Shown: positions 12,801-26,030 of the stretch, in pieces
Layout of the letters: each line of letters starts with the position of its first letter
Position numbering within the stretch: position 1 is the stretch's first letter
NCBI RefSeq assembly: GCF_006345805.1
Contig: NC_042997.1
Span: 151,156,001 to 151,220,000, forward strand
DNA length: 64,000 nt
From: Octopus sinensis
Lineage: Eukaryota
Reading direction: 5' to 3'
The notes under the pieces: model-generated
Databases searched by the model: none
The model's input: the letters and a program-made list of their open reading frames with translations, nothing else
What the model was told of the DNA's origin: nothing
Position numbers and translations under genes: made by a program

Positions 12801-15063
12801 TCTTTAATAAAGTTGTATTTGTAAAGATAAAGATAGTGATGTTAATGATTAAAGTAGGGAAGTCGTTCTTATCAGGAAAAGTAGCGTAGCCATTTTCTAA
12901 AGTTAGAGGAAGCGAGCACATAGCAAAGGTACCATGTTTCAGTGATCATATCATTATGTATGAAACTTCTACTTATATAGGTGTGACGTGAAAATGATGA
13001 AACTAGACGGGATCATCCAAGTCGTGATGTCGTTTTTTTGTTTTCGTTCTTCAGATATGTCAGCGGCCACCAAACACATCACAGGAGATTGAGAAGAACT
13101 CAAAAACACGGGAGAGTGGTAATAACTCGAGAAAGTTCTTAAATTGCGATAGAGGAAGGAGGAAAGAGAGAGACTCAGAGAGAAATTCAGCTTTTATCGC
13201 ACAACAAATGAACCAAAGAGTTTAAAAAAGAGTATTGAAAAGGTGCCAATTTTGAAATATGTACTCGGAGAAAGCTGTCGCTCCGTTTCCTCTCCTATTT
13301 GATACGCCACTGATCAGGCATATCTTGGCAATTATAATGTAGCAATTTTCATACATATGGTTCCATTTGTTATAGCTTTGCTGGTAATTTTATGTGGTTT
13401 CCAAACCACACTTTTGCTTCGTAAAACCTTAAACGAAGTGGCTCGTTAGAAATTGGCATAACTAATATTATATTATCTCTATATGCTTAAATCTACTTTG
13501 TCACGATGCGAATTATAAAGGAGGAAAACGACCGTAAATTCATAATTGCATTGAAGCCAGCAAGAGAGCCTCTATGTAGCCAATCGGCCTGCTAAAATTA
13601 TCGGCCAAATATTCTGAAATCACATCTACTGACGTAAGTAAAGTAATATTAAATAACATAATCATTGAATCCCTCCCCCAACAGAGAAATGAGATAGAAA
13701 CAGGATACGTACTTTAGTCATAGCTCGGCGTTTTCTAATTATTCTTTCCGTGTACAATATAAAGTTCTGTTTAATTACTTCTCACTAGGTATAAAGTTGA
13801 ACGTGCAGATTATCAAGTCCGCGATCATGATAATTATGATGCAAGTTCCTCAGTCAACTACCTCAGTGTAGGTGAAGTGTGCTGCAGTAATCACTGCGCC
13901 TGTCTGAAGTTTGTCAAATATTTTGTTTGTTTGCATTGGTCAGTTTAATTCCTCCCAGAGGTAAATTTATCCGAAAGATAGTTACAGTTAATTCAGTTAT
14001 TATTACAAGAGCCGCAGATAACCATCGGGTGTATGGATTTTTCACATTTGGAACGGGATTGGATTGTATACACGGGGGAAATTTTGAAATGCTGGAACGA
14101 TTATTGGTGATAAAATTGCTGACAACAAATGACAGAAATTGTAATTATGGTGAGTTATTTGATTAAGCATAAAAGAAAAATCTGTATTTTTCGCGGGAAA
14201 AGAGTGACAAGACTATCTACTTAGCTAACACAGTGATTTCACAGTGTCCCGATCTGCCAAGGTATTATCTCTCGATTTACAGGGATGGCCACAATGAAAT
14301 TGTTAATATCATTATAGAACAATTGAATCATCGCAGAATCAGTGCATAAATTAAAAGGCGCCTGCACTCTTGTATCAACATATGCTATATTATTGTTCTT
14401 TATGAATAATTTCTAATATAAACACGAGGACATAATTCTAGGTACTGTTCTTTTAAGTTATTTAACAGCCGGCCAGTTGTTGTTGGGTACTGATTTTATT
14501 GATCGCAGAAGCATGAAATGCCAAATAACCACAGACTGATTTGATATATTAACATGAAGAGTTGCACCTCAGTAACCATAAGATTTTTGTACATTTGTCT
14601 AATGACTTTACCAACTCCCTGTTTCGTAAAAATAAGACATTTTATTATTGCAAAATATAAATAAAGGAAAAGTATTGCAGTTTATGGAGTGGTTAATGGC
14701 TACAATAACTCTAGACCAATACAATTGTATTAGTCCCAAATGTACATATCTGATCAAATCACTTGCCAAACATGTGCAACTGAAGAATATAGAATAATTA
14801 TAGTATTGGAAATTTTACAGGCAGATCGTCCCTCGGTGGGATCATAACTTATTTTAGTGAGCAGCTTAACGATGGATTATAACAGGAAGTCACAGAGGCG
14901 AATATCTTCTGCCCTGCAGTCATAAAACACATTAGTGTTTTATGTTGGTTAGCCTGTAATATACAGCCATCGATCAAACGAAGCTTGGCGTTAGTAAAAC
15001 GATTTGCTTGGAAAAATAAGTGTGTATACATGTACACATAAGTGTGTGTATGCTTGTCTAAAT

Positions 15064-15067
<4 letters not shown>

Positions 15068-15162
<95 letters not shown>

Positions 15163-15208
15163 CATACATATATATATATATATATACATATGTATATATG
15201 TATATATA

Positions 15209-15253
<45 letters not shown>

Positions 15254-15300
15254 CATAAAAATATATATATATATACATAAATATATATATATACACACAC

Positions 15301-15336
<36 letters not shown>
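15068..15336. repeat. (TA)n microsatellite
   Basis: Direct reading. Confidence 0.95.
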
Positions 15337-15339
<3 letters not shown>

Positions 15340-17293
15340 AGTATGGATGGATGTATGTATGTGTGGGTGTGTATGTGGGTTTGTAGCTGTAATAATCGTT
15401 TGAAGATTCATTGAGTCCGGCGAAATGTTTTGTAATAAAATGTCGCTTTAGATTTATGAAGATAGCAAAGAAGTGAATATTTCTACTGTTGAGACCGTAG
15501 AAACAGTAGACAATGGCGTAGATGGCGTTACAGATGTGACGGAGATAGCAGTAGTACTGATTGTGATCTAAGATGCGTTAGTAGCTGTTAGAGTTAGAGA
15601 TAATGGTGGTTACCATAGTTTTAGCAGTGGTGATTTGTGCATTGTCAAGCCCGAAGGAATAGTTAAGATTGTGATAGTTATAAGCAACTCGATCGCCCTG
15701 CTAGAAATTGCAAGCGAATCTCCCTCAAATGGTCATAGGTAGGCTCGATGAGAACAGACCTGGGGATAAACTCTATAATCATCCATAAAAAGCAAGAGTA
15801 GCCAGCCCGTTATCTCAGATATTTGTACTACAGTACAAAACTGCCTTTTTTAATTTCATAATCTATTGTGTAACTTGAAGGAGATTTGACAGCTAATTTT
15901 AACTACCTATTTTTTAATAGCTCGAGTGAGCAGCTAGAAATGTACCCATTCGGCTTATTGTGTTCATGCCGGTTGTGGTATGATCGTGTTAATGACGACA
16001 TCGGCTTCGGCGATTATGATAATCACGATAGAATGCCTGTAAAGTGCGTAATGTACGTTGGTTTGCAGTATACATTTTTCATTTAGTACTTGATACATTT
16101 TTTTGATATTCTTGAATTCCAGCCTATTGCTAATCGAATAGATAATTGGGCAAAGTGATTTTATTGCAACTATCCTGAATTTTGTACCCCTTTTCTGCAG
16201 AAAGCCGAGACGTCATCATCCACGTATCCTTTTCGAGGAAGAAAGGGCGTGGTTTAAGAGAATTCGGCTGCTGATTTCAGTAGATGGATTGGCCATACGA
16301 AAACACCATCAGTATCACACACTTGAGCCTGTTGTCTAGTAGGACGTGTGTGGTGTTATATTTATGGTTACTGACGTGGTGGTAGTTGCTGATATTACAG
16401 ATTCTTTATTTTTTTTATTACACTTCGATTTCTATTTTTTTATGTGGGATATGATGAAAACTATACAAGAGCGGATCATCGTCTCCTTTACTTTTGTATT
16501 TAGTGTACCTGGGATAATATTATCCAGTACATGTTGTTGGTTGTTTTAGATTTGGTTATCTTGGTGTTACTAATATTATTTATAGTGGTGAAAGTTACAG
16601 TTATGGTTGCGGTAGAGATAGTGATGGTATTCATGCTGGTCATTATGGTAGTTATGGAATTATTATAAAGTAAACCTATATTGAAGATAGTTCCGTCATA
16701 AACTTATCTTTATCCATACTTACAACTGCATCGCTAGTACTAGAAAGTGAATTACAGAAAGTGTGCTCAGTTTTCATATCTTATCCAGCTGAACAACTCT
16801 TTTCACTGACTTGCAGTGTCAATAAATAAAATACTTTTTCAGGTCCAGAGCAGTGGATTGGTGCAGTTGGTAGTACAACTTGTTCTACCTCTTATTATGT
16901 GCATTTTACGGTCAAATTCTACCTAGGTGCTAATGGTCAGCTGTAATGACCTGCCGTAGAGAACAGCACATGCCTCCGGCAAATGCGTAGTGCATACTGA
17001 TAGAACTATAAACAGCGTAGATAAGTCAGCAATAGCAAACGGCTGAATGGAAATAGAGGCCGAATAGCGTTGATACAAATTGTTGAAATTTATTTCTTCT
17101 TTTGGTCGAATTTATGCTGTGAACTGATTACGCCGATACTAGAACATAAGAAGGGCTTCAATTGATGAAAGTGACTTGGCATTTTATGTCTGGTACTTTT
17201 TGGTGAGCCGTTAAGTTACAGAGATGTAATTATCTTAAACCGGTTGTCAATTTGTGAGAGACGCTTACGCATTTATTACTCATATATACAAGC

Positions 17294-17347
<54 letters not shown>

Positions 17348-17371
17348 ACATAAAGATATACATACATATAT

Positions 17372-17448
<77 letters not shown>

Positions 17449-19389
17449 GTGTGGGGCTATGGGTGCTATGTGTGTGTAACTAACCATCATCCCATCCTTT
17501 ATTAGTGTATTACAGACTAAGCTAAAAAAATGATAAGGTCGACACACCTAATACCGTAGAGAATAAATACGTCATTAATGGAATGTTTGCTCTTACTTGG
17601 ACCAAGAAGCATTTGTGAATGAAACTTATAGGGGAGATAATTTCAAGAAATCAAAAGAAAAAAAAATTAAGTATGTTTATTGGCATGTGTTTAAGAAAAG
17701 AATAGTGTGTTCTTTGAAAGCTAAAAGCAGCAATGGCCATGTGTTGGTTTATTTGACCACGTAAGCAGGGTACGAAATTTATGTTACAGAATATGACCTG
17801 CAGCGGTTTGTTGCATCGAAGAAATTTATGTACTATTTCTAATATTTGGAGCATTTTCGTAAGGAGAACAAATGATGATACTAAAATCATATACATGGTA
17901 GCAGCATGGTAAGATGTTTGGACAAAAAATGTACAGAGTTAATAGTTATGATACTGTTGATTACCATCACGTTTCTACGGAAGTTGGTTTGATAATAAAA
18001 AAAAAAGTTAGTGGAGGAGGTTGAGATATATTAAGGTAGACATAATGTTGTTACTGTCAGGAGTGATGTTGTTGCTATTAACAACGGCGTATTACTTTGA
18101 TACTACTGATAACAGTCGTTCTGGCTGGACTTGTTAGAGGTGATGATGGTGTATTCCTGAACTAATGAAATTAATGACGGTATTATTGATGACGCTGAGG
18201 GATGTCGTTCAGTCACATCGCAGCCCCACCAATGGCCGAAACTATTCTACGAGTCATCACCCCACCTTAATCCAAAGCAAATTAAATCCAAGACTAATTT
18301 AGTGAGCATGTCGTTCTCGTTGTGGCGGCAGAATGTGATTCGTAACAGATGTGGTTGCTATATCTAACACATCGTGCGACTGCATAGATGTTCGTCCATT
18401 GATAATGCTGACAGAAATTGATGTGTTGATATGGATTACAGTGATGTTAATGCTGATGTAATTATATGATATTTTTGCTGGTGGTAGAGATAGTAATATT
18501 AATACAGGTACAGCTTGATGTCGAGATAGTGATAGGAGACTGTTGGAAATCTATTAGTAATAGACATGATTTTAGTAGGCGTTATGATGGGCAGTAAAGC
18601 GTAGTGAAAGATAGCGGTGCTGATAGTAATTATTGGGATTTGGTTGAAGCCTGTAAAATATGTAATAGTCGTGTGATGGTCGTGATAACATGGGCGTTTA
18701 AGTAATAGTGGTAGTATGGTTCCATTACGAGGAGGGGGTAGACGTATAATAAAAGGAGAGAACAGTAGCAGTAATGTTATGGACATGGAGTGCTATTCGT
18801 GGTATTGATAGAGACTAATGTCGGAGATGCCGATGGCGATGGTAATATTCGTGAAGTCACTTGTTATCGTTGTGGTGGTACTAGTTGTAATGGCAGTTTC
18901 CCTGGTGTTTGAAGTGGGAGCGGTAATAGTAAAGACGGTGCAGTTATCAGAGAGGGAGATATGCTGCAGGGAAACCAAAGTTATAGATGTACATATATAT
19001 ATAAATGTGCAAAGTTATGTTTGGCTGTGTACAACCGTTACATATACGTCTATGTGCGAAACGCGCGTATGTGTGTTGTGTGTGTACCCTGTATGTGTAC
19101 AAAGGACTTTTCATATACACACATGAATAACTACATGTACTTTTATATATACATATATACATATCTACATATCTATGTGTGTGTGTTTGTATGTGTATAT
19201 ATATATACATATAAGCATACATGTATACTTATGCACAGACACCCACGGAGCGTGTTCTGGTATATGTACTTGTATGTTTGATTCTGTGTGATGCTATATG
19301 AAAATGTGTGTATGTGGGAGGGCGACTGGAAATGTTACTAATTGAATTGATGTCTCATCCAATAAAATTTATGGCTGCTATGTTTTATT

Positions 19390-19419
19390 ATATACATACA
19401 TACATACATACTTATATAA

Positions 19420-19450
<31 letters not shown>

Positions 19451-19526
19451 ATATACATACATATATATATGTATATGCATATATATATACATGTATGTAT
19501 ATATATATGTATATGTATATATATAA

Positions 19527-19588
<62 letters not shown>

Positions 19589-19612
19589 ATGTATGCATAT
19601 ATATATATATGC

Positions 19613-19648
<36 letters not shown>

Positions 19649-19650
19649 TG
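19390..19650. repeat. (TA)n/(TACA)n microsatellite
   Basis: Direct reading. Confidence 0.9.
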
Positions 19651-20479
19651 TTCTGTGTGTGTTTGTGTATGTTAGTATTGGAGTGTATAAATATACGTGT
19701 GTATTTTCTCTATATTAATTTTCTGGTTCTTATTTATTTATTTACATATTTATTTATTCATTTATCAGTTTGGTTGTTTTGTTTTATTTCTTTGAGCGAG
19801 GTCGGTGAGGGAGAGGATTTTCCAATGTTGGGGAGGAGGCGAAGACTTCTGATTCAGTTTTCGTTTTCATATTTTTTATGTTTTTATTTTTTTTTAGTTT
19901 TTACATATATGTTGCTTTTATTTTATAATGAAGAAATCTAAAACAAAAATAATAAAATATCAAAATGTAAAACAGCATAACAAAAAAAAATAATTGCAAA
20001 TAGATCGATGATCTCTGGCCACATGAAAGAGGGGAAAATATTATTACTACCTTAATATGTGATTGCCAAATATTGATCCAATGCATGGACTTATTATAAA
20101 CCTTGCCAGCGTATATTTGCAACAGCAGCAGCAGCAGTAGCAGCTATTGCAGTAGAACTAGTAACAACAGGAACAGTAGCAGCAGTAGCCGCAGCAGCAG
20201 CAGCACCAGCAACATGAGCACCAACCTCAACAAAAACAATAGAAATATAGTAGACGCTTGAAGTAAAAAACAATGAAAACTAACAAATATCAGCTACAAT
20301 ATCGACAACATCAACATCAAGAGCAGTATTGAACCTAAACCCCAGCAACCAAAAAAGAAAAAAAGATGGGGGTAATTAATGTATAAAGGAAAGAAATTTA
20401 GGGACTAACGCAACACATTGTCTTATGAAACGTAAACAGAATTGCAATGCATCATTGAAAATGAAAATACTGACGATGA

Positions 20480-20819
20480 TTAAGCAGCATCGAAAGCATC
20501 AACAACATTATCAACGTCATCATCATCATCGTCAATATCATTATCATCATCATCATCATCATCATCAACATCACCACCATCATTGTCATCATCATCATTA
20601 TCATCATCATTATCATCATCATCATCATCGTTGTCGTCGTCTTCATCATCACAATCATTGTCATCATCGTCTCCATTACCATCACCTTTCCCTTATCCCC
20701 TCCTCTTATTCCTCCTTGTCATCCTCCTCCTCCTCATCATCATCGTCATCATTATCATCATCACCAGCACCAGCATATTGTTGTTATTATTAATGCTGGT
20801 ATTATTATTATCATTATTA

Positions 20820-20901
<82 letters not shown>

Positions 20902-20902
20902 G

Positions 20903-20992
<90 letters not shown>

Positions 20993-21001
20993 TTATTAGT
21001 A

Positions 21002-21045
<44 letters not shown>
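20480..21045. repeat. Compound trinucleotide microsatellite (CAT)n-(CCT)n-(ATT)n
   Basis: Direct reading; explains the poly-H/S/L/I ORFs. Confidence 0.95.
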
Positions 21046-21509
21046 GCTTTGTTTTTACTGTTGATGTTGTTATCGTTGCCGTTGTTGATTTTGCCGCTGC
21101 TTCTGCTTTTCATAATATCAACAACAGTTTCTAAATAAGGTGCAAAGCAACATTTTATTTAGAAATGACTGCGGTCGATTGAATCGACCTCCAATAGTTT
21201 ACTGCAGATCCACTCATAAAGTTGGATAATACAAGAGAGTCGAAGAAGAAAAATGATGGAATGAAATCTGCAACGAACATATAAAGAGATAAAAGAAAAT
21301 CTATAAAAACAGAATTCTACTGCGTCTCAAATTAATAAAGTTAGCCAATTAAATTGTCCCCAGTATATGACCCTATAGTTTTGACACCATAGGTTTGCGA
21401 CATGAGGTTGATCTTCGAAATATTGTAATTTATAAGGTACAGAATGTTTCTTTTTTTCCTACTGTATATTTTGAGATGACAGGTTTCTTCGGTTCTTCCA
21501 TATGTGTAT

Positions 21510-22740
21510 GTATTTCATCTCACATGTGAACAAAGCTATGGGACGCGTTATCAGAAGGGGGCTAATCGTATATTTCTAGGAAAATAAAACCATGCTCACG
21601 AACACGCAACATGCCTCATACAGTCATTACTACATTTTGACAGAGAACTCAAACAATATTGGAGCCCACCCAAATGTGTATGTGATATATCGAATTCACT
21701 TAAGCGTTCGACAAAGTTGTTTGTGGAGTGATATTTCACAAACCATCAGAACTGAAGCAACAGTTGTATGAATATTCAAAAAGTTATACGTTAGAGAGTC
21801 GCAGCTAATAATGCTCCCACTGAGCTGGCGTCAGTTTATACTAGCTTGAATAATGTTTGCGGTGACTCTCCTCAGTAATGCAGTCAGCCAGTCTCACCCG
21901 ATATGCTGATAAAACAAAATATCGCAAACTATAATGATACCCTAAAACTGCTGTAAGATTTAGAGAAGGGTAGATGAAAATAACATGCATTTCAATGCTG
22001 AGAAATTTCAAGTATTCAACTATCGGCCCACAAACATATCGGAATACACAGAGACAGGAGGGTTGGATAATTCCAGAGTCAGATTTGGTGTGTGAAATGT
22101 GAATCTGCGCAAGTAACGATGTAACATTCCATAGGCATATTTCCAAGTTTGAAACACTGTGCAGGAGTGGCTGATTGGATTCTGAGATCATTCAGAACTA
22201 GGAAAGCTGATATCATAGTACTCCTACAAAGGACATTTATTCTCAGAGTACTTCTCTTAAAATGAGGTCACAGTAGAGCGTCAAATAACAGTGGAAACGC
22301 ATGGCAATCCAATGCTCCTAAGAAAGATTGACATGGTGCAAAATCTGAGCTGCTGCGATAGGCTAAAGGAACTGATGTTCTTCTCAGTTGAGAGAAGAGG
22401 CAACATTTCAAAATTAGAAGCTACATTCTCTAGGATCTTCCATATACATACATGCATGTATGTTTGGGAATAAAAGCTATACCAACAACCGAAATGGATG
22501 AGACTACATAGTACCAAAGTTTCCATCATCTCCATCTCGAGTACTGGCTCAGCACTTCCATAGTTTAGGCTTCAAGGCTTATACATTTTCAAATTCTATC
22601 TCAGGAATCTGAGAGGGGTAGCTGTGAATGTTTTCAAACAATATTTCCACAAATGTTCATCTCATGTAACCCACAGCACGACAAAAACACAAATAAGAGC
22701 AATTTAGTTCGAGTCTCGCAACTTCACCAGAAACACTTAT
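21510..22740 (+). mobile_element. Old, degenerate CR1-type LINE fragment related to 1013-3236
   Basis: Broken frames give ISSHVNKAMGRV, ENKTMLTNTQHA, AFDKV, RYADKTK, NNMHFNAEKFQV, WILRSFRTRK, DRLKELMFFSVERR, collinear with the first copy. Confidence 0.75.
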
Positions 22741-23204
22741 GTTGGAAAATGCGGACAGTGATTGTTCCTTATTAACCAGTCATGTGAAAATGTGGTCTCA
22801 CAGCATGGCAGCAATTTTACGTTGAAACTACTAAAGCTGAAAATGAAAATAAAAGTAACATTATACGTGTGAGTTTGTAAGTGTACGTGTGCGTGTGTGT
22901 ACATATATATATGTACGAATACGAATGTTTATTTTCTCTTATGTTACATGTATTAGTGCAAGATCGCAAGTCTCTGTACCACTTGTATGGCGTCTCTACC
23001 CAAACAATCTTTATTCTTTGTTAGTCAATCACCGCAGTGTTATTCACTAGTCCTCGTGCAGCTAGAATGTGTAAAACATGAGTTAAAATCATTCAAATAC
23101 AACGCGCCAAAACTATTTAAATTCTTATCTCTAAGTCTAATGAGACAATTTCCGTGTTTATCCTTTTCCATTAATCATTTCCAAGTCCCACTTCAAATTC
23201 AATA

Positions 23205-23306
23205 GTGTGTGTGTGTGTGTGTGTATGCATGTATGTGTGTGTATGCATGTATGTGTCTATCCATCCATCCGTCCGTCCGTTCGTCCGTCCATCCATCCAT
23301 CCATTC

Positions 23307-23370
<64 letters not shown>

Positions 23371-23420
23371 CTCAATCTCTCTATCTCTCTATCTATCTAT
23401 TTATCTATATATATATATAT
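23205..23420. repeat. Compound (TG)n/(ATCC)n/(ATCT)n microsatellite
   Basis: Direct reading. Confidence 0.9.
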
Positions 23421-23431
23421 GAGTGTGCTTT

Positions 23432-23610
23432 TATGACGGGTTTCTTTCAGTTTCCGTCTTTAGAATCTACTCACAAGGCTTTAAACGGGCCGAGGCTATA
23501 GTAAAGGACACTTGATCTAAATACCGCACAGTGGGATTGAACCTTAATACGAAACCTTATGACTTAGAAGAAAACTTCTTACAACAGAGCCTTGCATGTG
23601 CCTATGTGTG
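23432..23610 (-). mobile_element. 5' half of a tRNA-derived SINE (family of 32961-33374 and 42746-43164)
   Basis: GACGGGTTTCTTTCAGTTTCCGTCT...CTCACAAGGCTTT...CCGAGGCTATAGT is the reverse complement of the family body. Confidence 0.75.
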
Positions 23611-24548
23611 TGTGTGTGTGTGTACGTACGTGTGGATGTGGGTGTGCGTGTGCGTGTACGTGCGTGCGCGTGTGTAAACAATTCGAGTATATCATGAAAA
23701 AATGAAAACATTTTCTTTATGTGAATTAACAATAATGAAAAATTTGTTTCGGAGAAAAAGGTCCCAAAATGTAGGATTTTAAATAACACCCTCTAATTTC
23801 GGCATCAATAAAGATATATGGTTATATACATTTATGTGCTATTCTATGTATGTTTTTATGCATGAACGTATGTATGTCTCTGCGCACTTATGTATGTATG
23901 GGGAATAATGTTAGATCCCAATTATCGGAATGAGACGAATGGCTATTTTCTTTCGATGAGCCTGTAAGGTAATAAGGCAACCTGAAAATGATTACGCAAA
24001 GAAACATGTTTACAGAATGTTTATATCATTCGGTCAATAAAAGATTTTGCTTTTGTACTAACTTTGATGCATTTTCCCTATCATCTAGACCCAAATAATG
24101 TAGAAACTCGCTTTTGGTCGGCTGTGAAATGGCGTTTGTTTTTATTTTATTTATTTCCTATTTTTGCTTAGGCATGATAACAAACACGATTATACCTAAA
24201 AGGTATGTACTTGGGACGAAGTTAAAAAAAGTGATGAAATCACTACTGATTTAACATTCTTTGAAGTATGTGCGCCATTCATCTTATAAGTAAAATTTCT
24301 CTGAACACGTTTTAATGTGACCGACTAAGATGAAAAGAACGTACCGAACGACACCGAGTACTTTAAATATCTTTTATCAAAACACGAGATCGACTTATTC
24401 ATGTCGGCAAAATCTTTTAAATGTAAGGTTGTACATGTTCTTCATTAATTCTCAGAAGTATATATATATATATATATATATATAAGTATATATTAACACG
24501 CGTGCGCACATGCACTCACAAGAATATATCTATCTCCCTGTCTGCCTT

Positions 24549-24632
<84 letters not shown>

Positions 24633-25062
24633 TTATCTATCTATCTGTCTGTCTATCTATTATATATATTTACACGTATACGCTCATGCATGAACACACA
24701 TACATAAAGACAAGAGGAAATAGAATATCAGAAGATGTATTCAGTTCAGTCCAAAATTAATTGTTTCCTCATTTCTAGAAAATAATATCATCTGGCATGA
24801 ATATGGCTACATCATATTAAGTTTAGTTTTAACATATTCATGCGACGTAGCCGTTACGCAAAGTAAATGCCCCCAACATGTCAACAGTACCAATCAAGTT
24901 ACCAACGGAAGTGAAAAATTATTTGCAATTTCGCCAAAACTTTTTTGAGGTTCGCTGCACTACCTTCAGCTCTTGTATGCTAAATAGTCATAAATAATCC
25001 TATGGTTACCTAAACTAGTTGAAAACTTTGGGTCAGTCCTATTTTTGTGTTACAGTGTAAGC

Positions 25063-25455
25063 ATGGCCGCTCAGCTAGTAGCGTGCTCGAAGAAACAACA
25101 GACATCTGTGATTCAATTTCTCTGATCCGAAGGTGTATCCAGCGCTGAAATTCATTGCGGGCTTTCATTACAATACGAGGATAGTGATGTGCTGTGCAGA
25201 ATTGTGTATGGGGGCATGAAGAAATTTGAAAATGGACGGAAAAGTGTGAATCACGAAGAGGGAGCAATAAGCCCATCAATTTGTACCACTGATCTGAAGA
25301 TTCTACAGACTCGGAAGAAGGTTCTGGCGAACTGACGAGTGACTGTTGATGATGTGGCATGTTCTCTACACATTTCTCATGGTTCAGCACATAAAATCTT
25401 CCACGACAAATTTCGCCTCCTTAAAGTCTGTGCGAAATGGATGTCAAGAGACCTT
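25063..25455 (+). mobile_element. Mariner transposase relic, N-terminal HTH region
   Basis: MAAQLVACSKKQQTSVIQFL*SEGV...KKFENGRKSV...RVTVDDVACSLHISHGSAHKIFHDK...KVCAKWMSRDL (WVPREL-like motif), with stops and a frameshift. Confidence 0.8.
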
Positions 25456-25842
25456 TCCAAACAATAGAATGAATAGGTACATACAGTAGTACATAAGCGA
25501 CTGTCTAAATTCTTCATTTATACAGACTGATACAAAATACGTTTATCTGTTTATTCTCCATCGCATTCGACCTTTGTCACTATCTCTCTCTATCAGCCTT
25601 CCCCTCCCAACTACCTTTCATCCATCACATCTCTCTCTCTCTTTCTTATTCCGATTTTTGTCCTTAGTCTTTCCATCATATCTCTCCTCAATCTTTTACT
25701 ATTCTCTTAAACATTTAGCAGATTCAACACAAATATTTCTTAGGAATTATATATTTCACAATCAAATTCTATATTTTCTCTCTCCCAAACACACTACATA
25801 TATATACCCAATAACTCTAACATACGTTTCCTCTATTACCTC

Positions 25843-25873
<31 letters not shown>

Positions 25874-25895
25874 CTATCTATCTATCTATCTATCA

Positions 25896-25970
<75 letters not shown>

Positions 25971-25971
25971 A

Positions 25972-26007
<36 letters not shown>

Positions 26008-26030
26008 GTCTGTCTGTCTGTCTATCTAAA
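25843..26030. repeat. (ATCT)n microsatellite within a CT-rich tract
   Basis: Direct reading. Confidence 0.9.

Noticed and set aside
13020-13225. Possible host exon after TTCTTCAG
   Set aside because: About 56 open codons but no recognisable domain, no strong donor and no partner exons.
14849-20903. Many IY-, H- and S-repeat ORFs
   Set aside because: Stop-free frames of (TA)n and (CAT)n repeats; the same applies to similar ORFs across the window.
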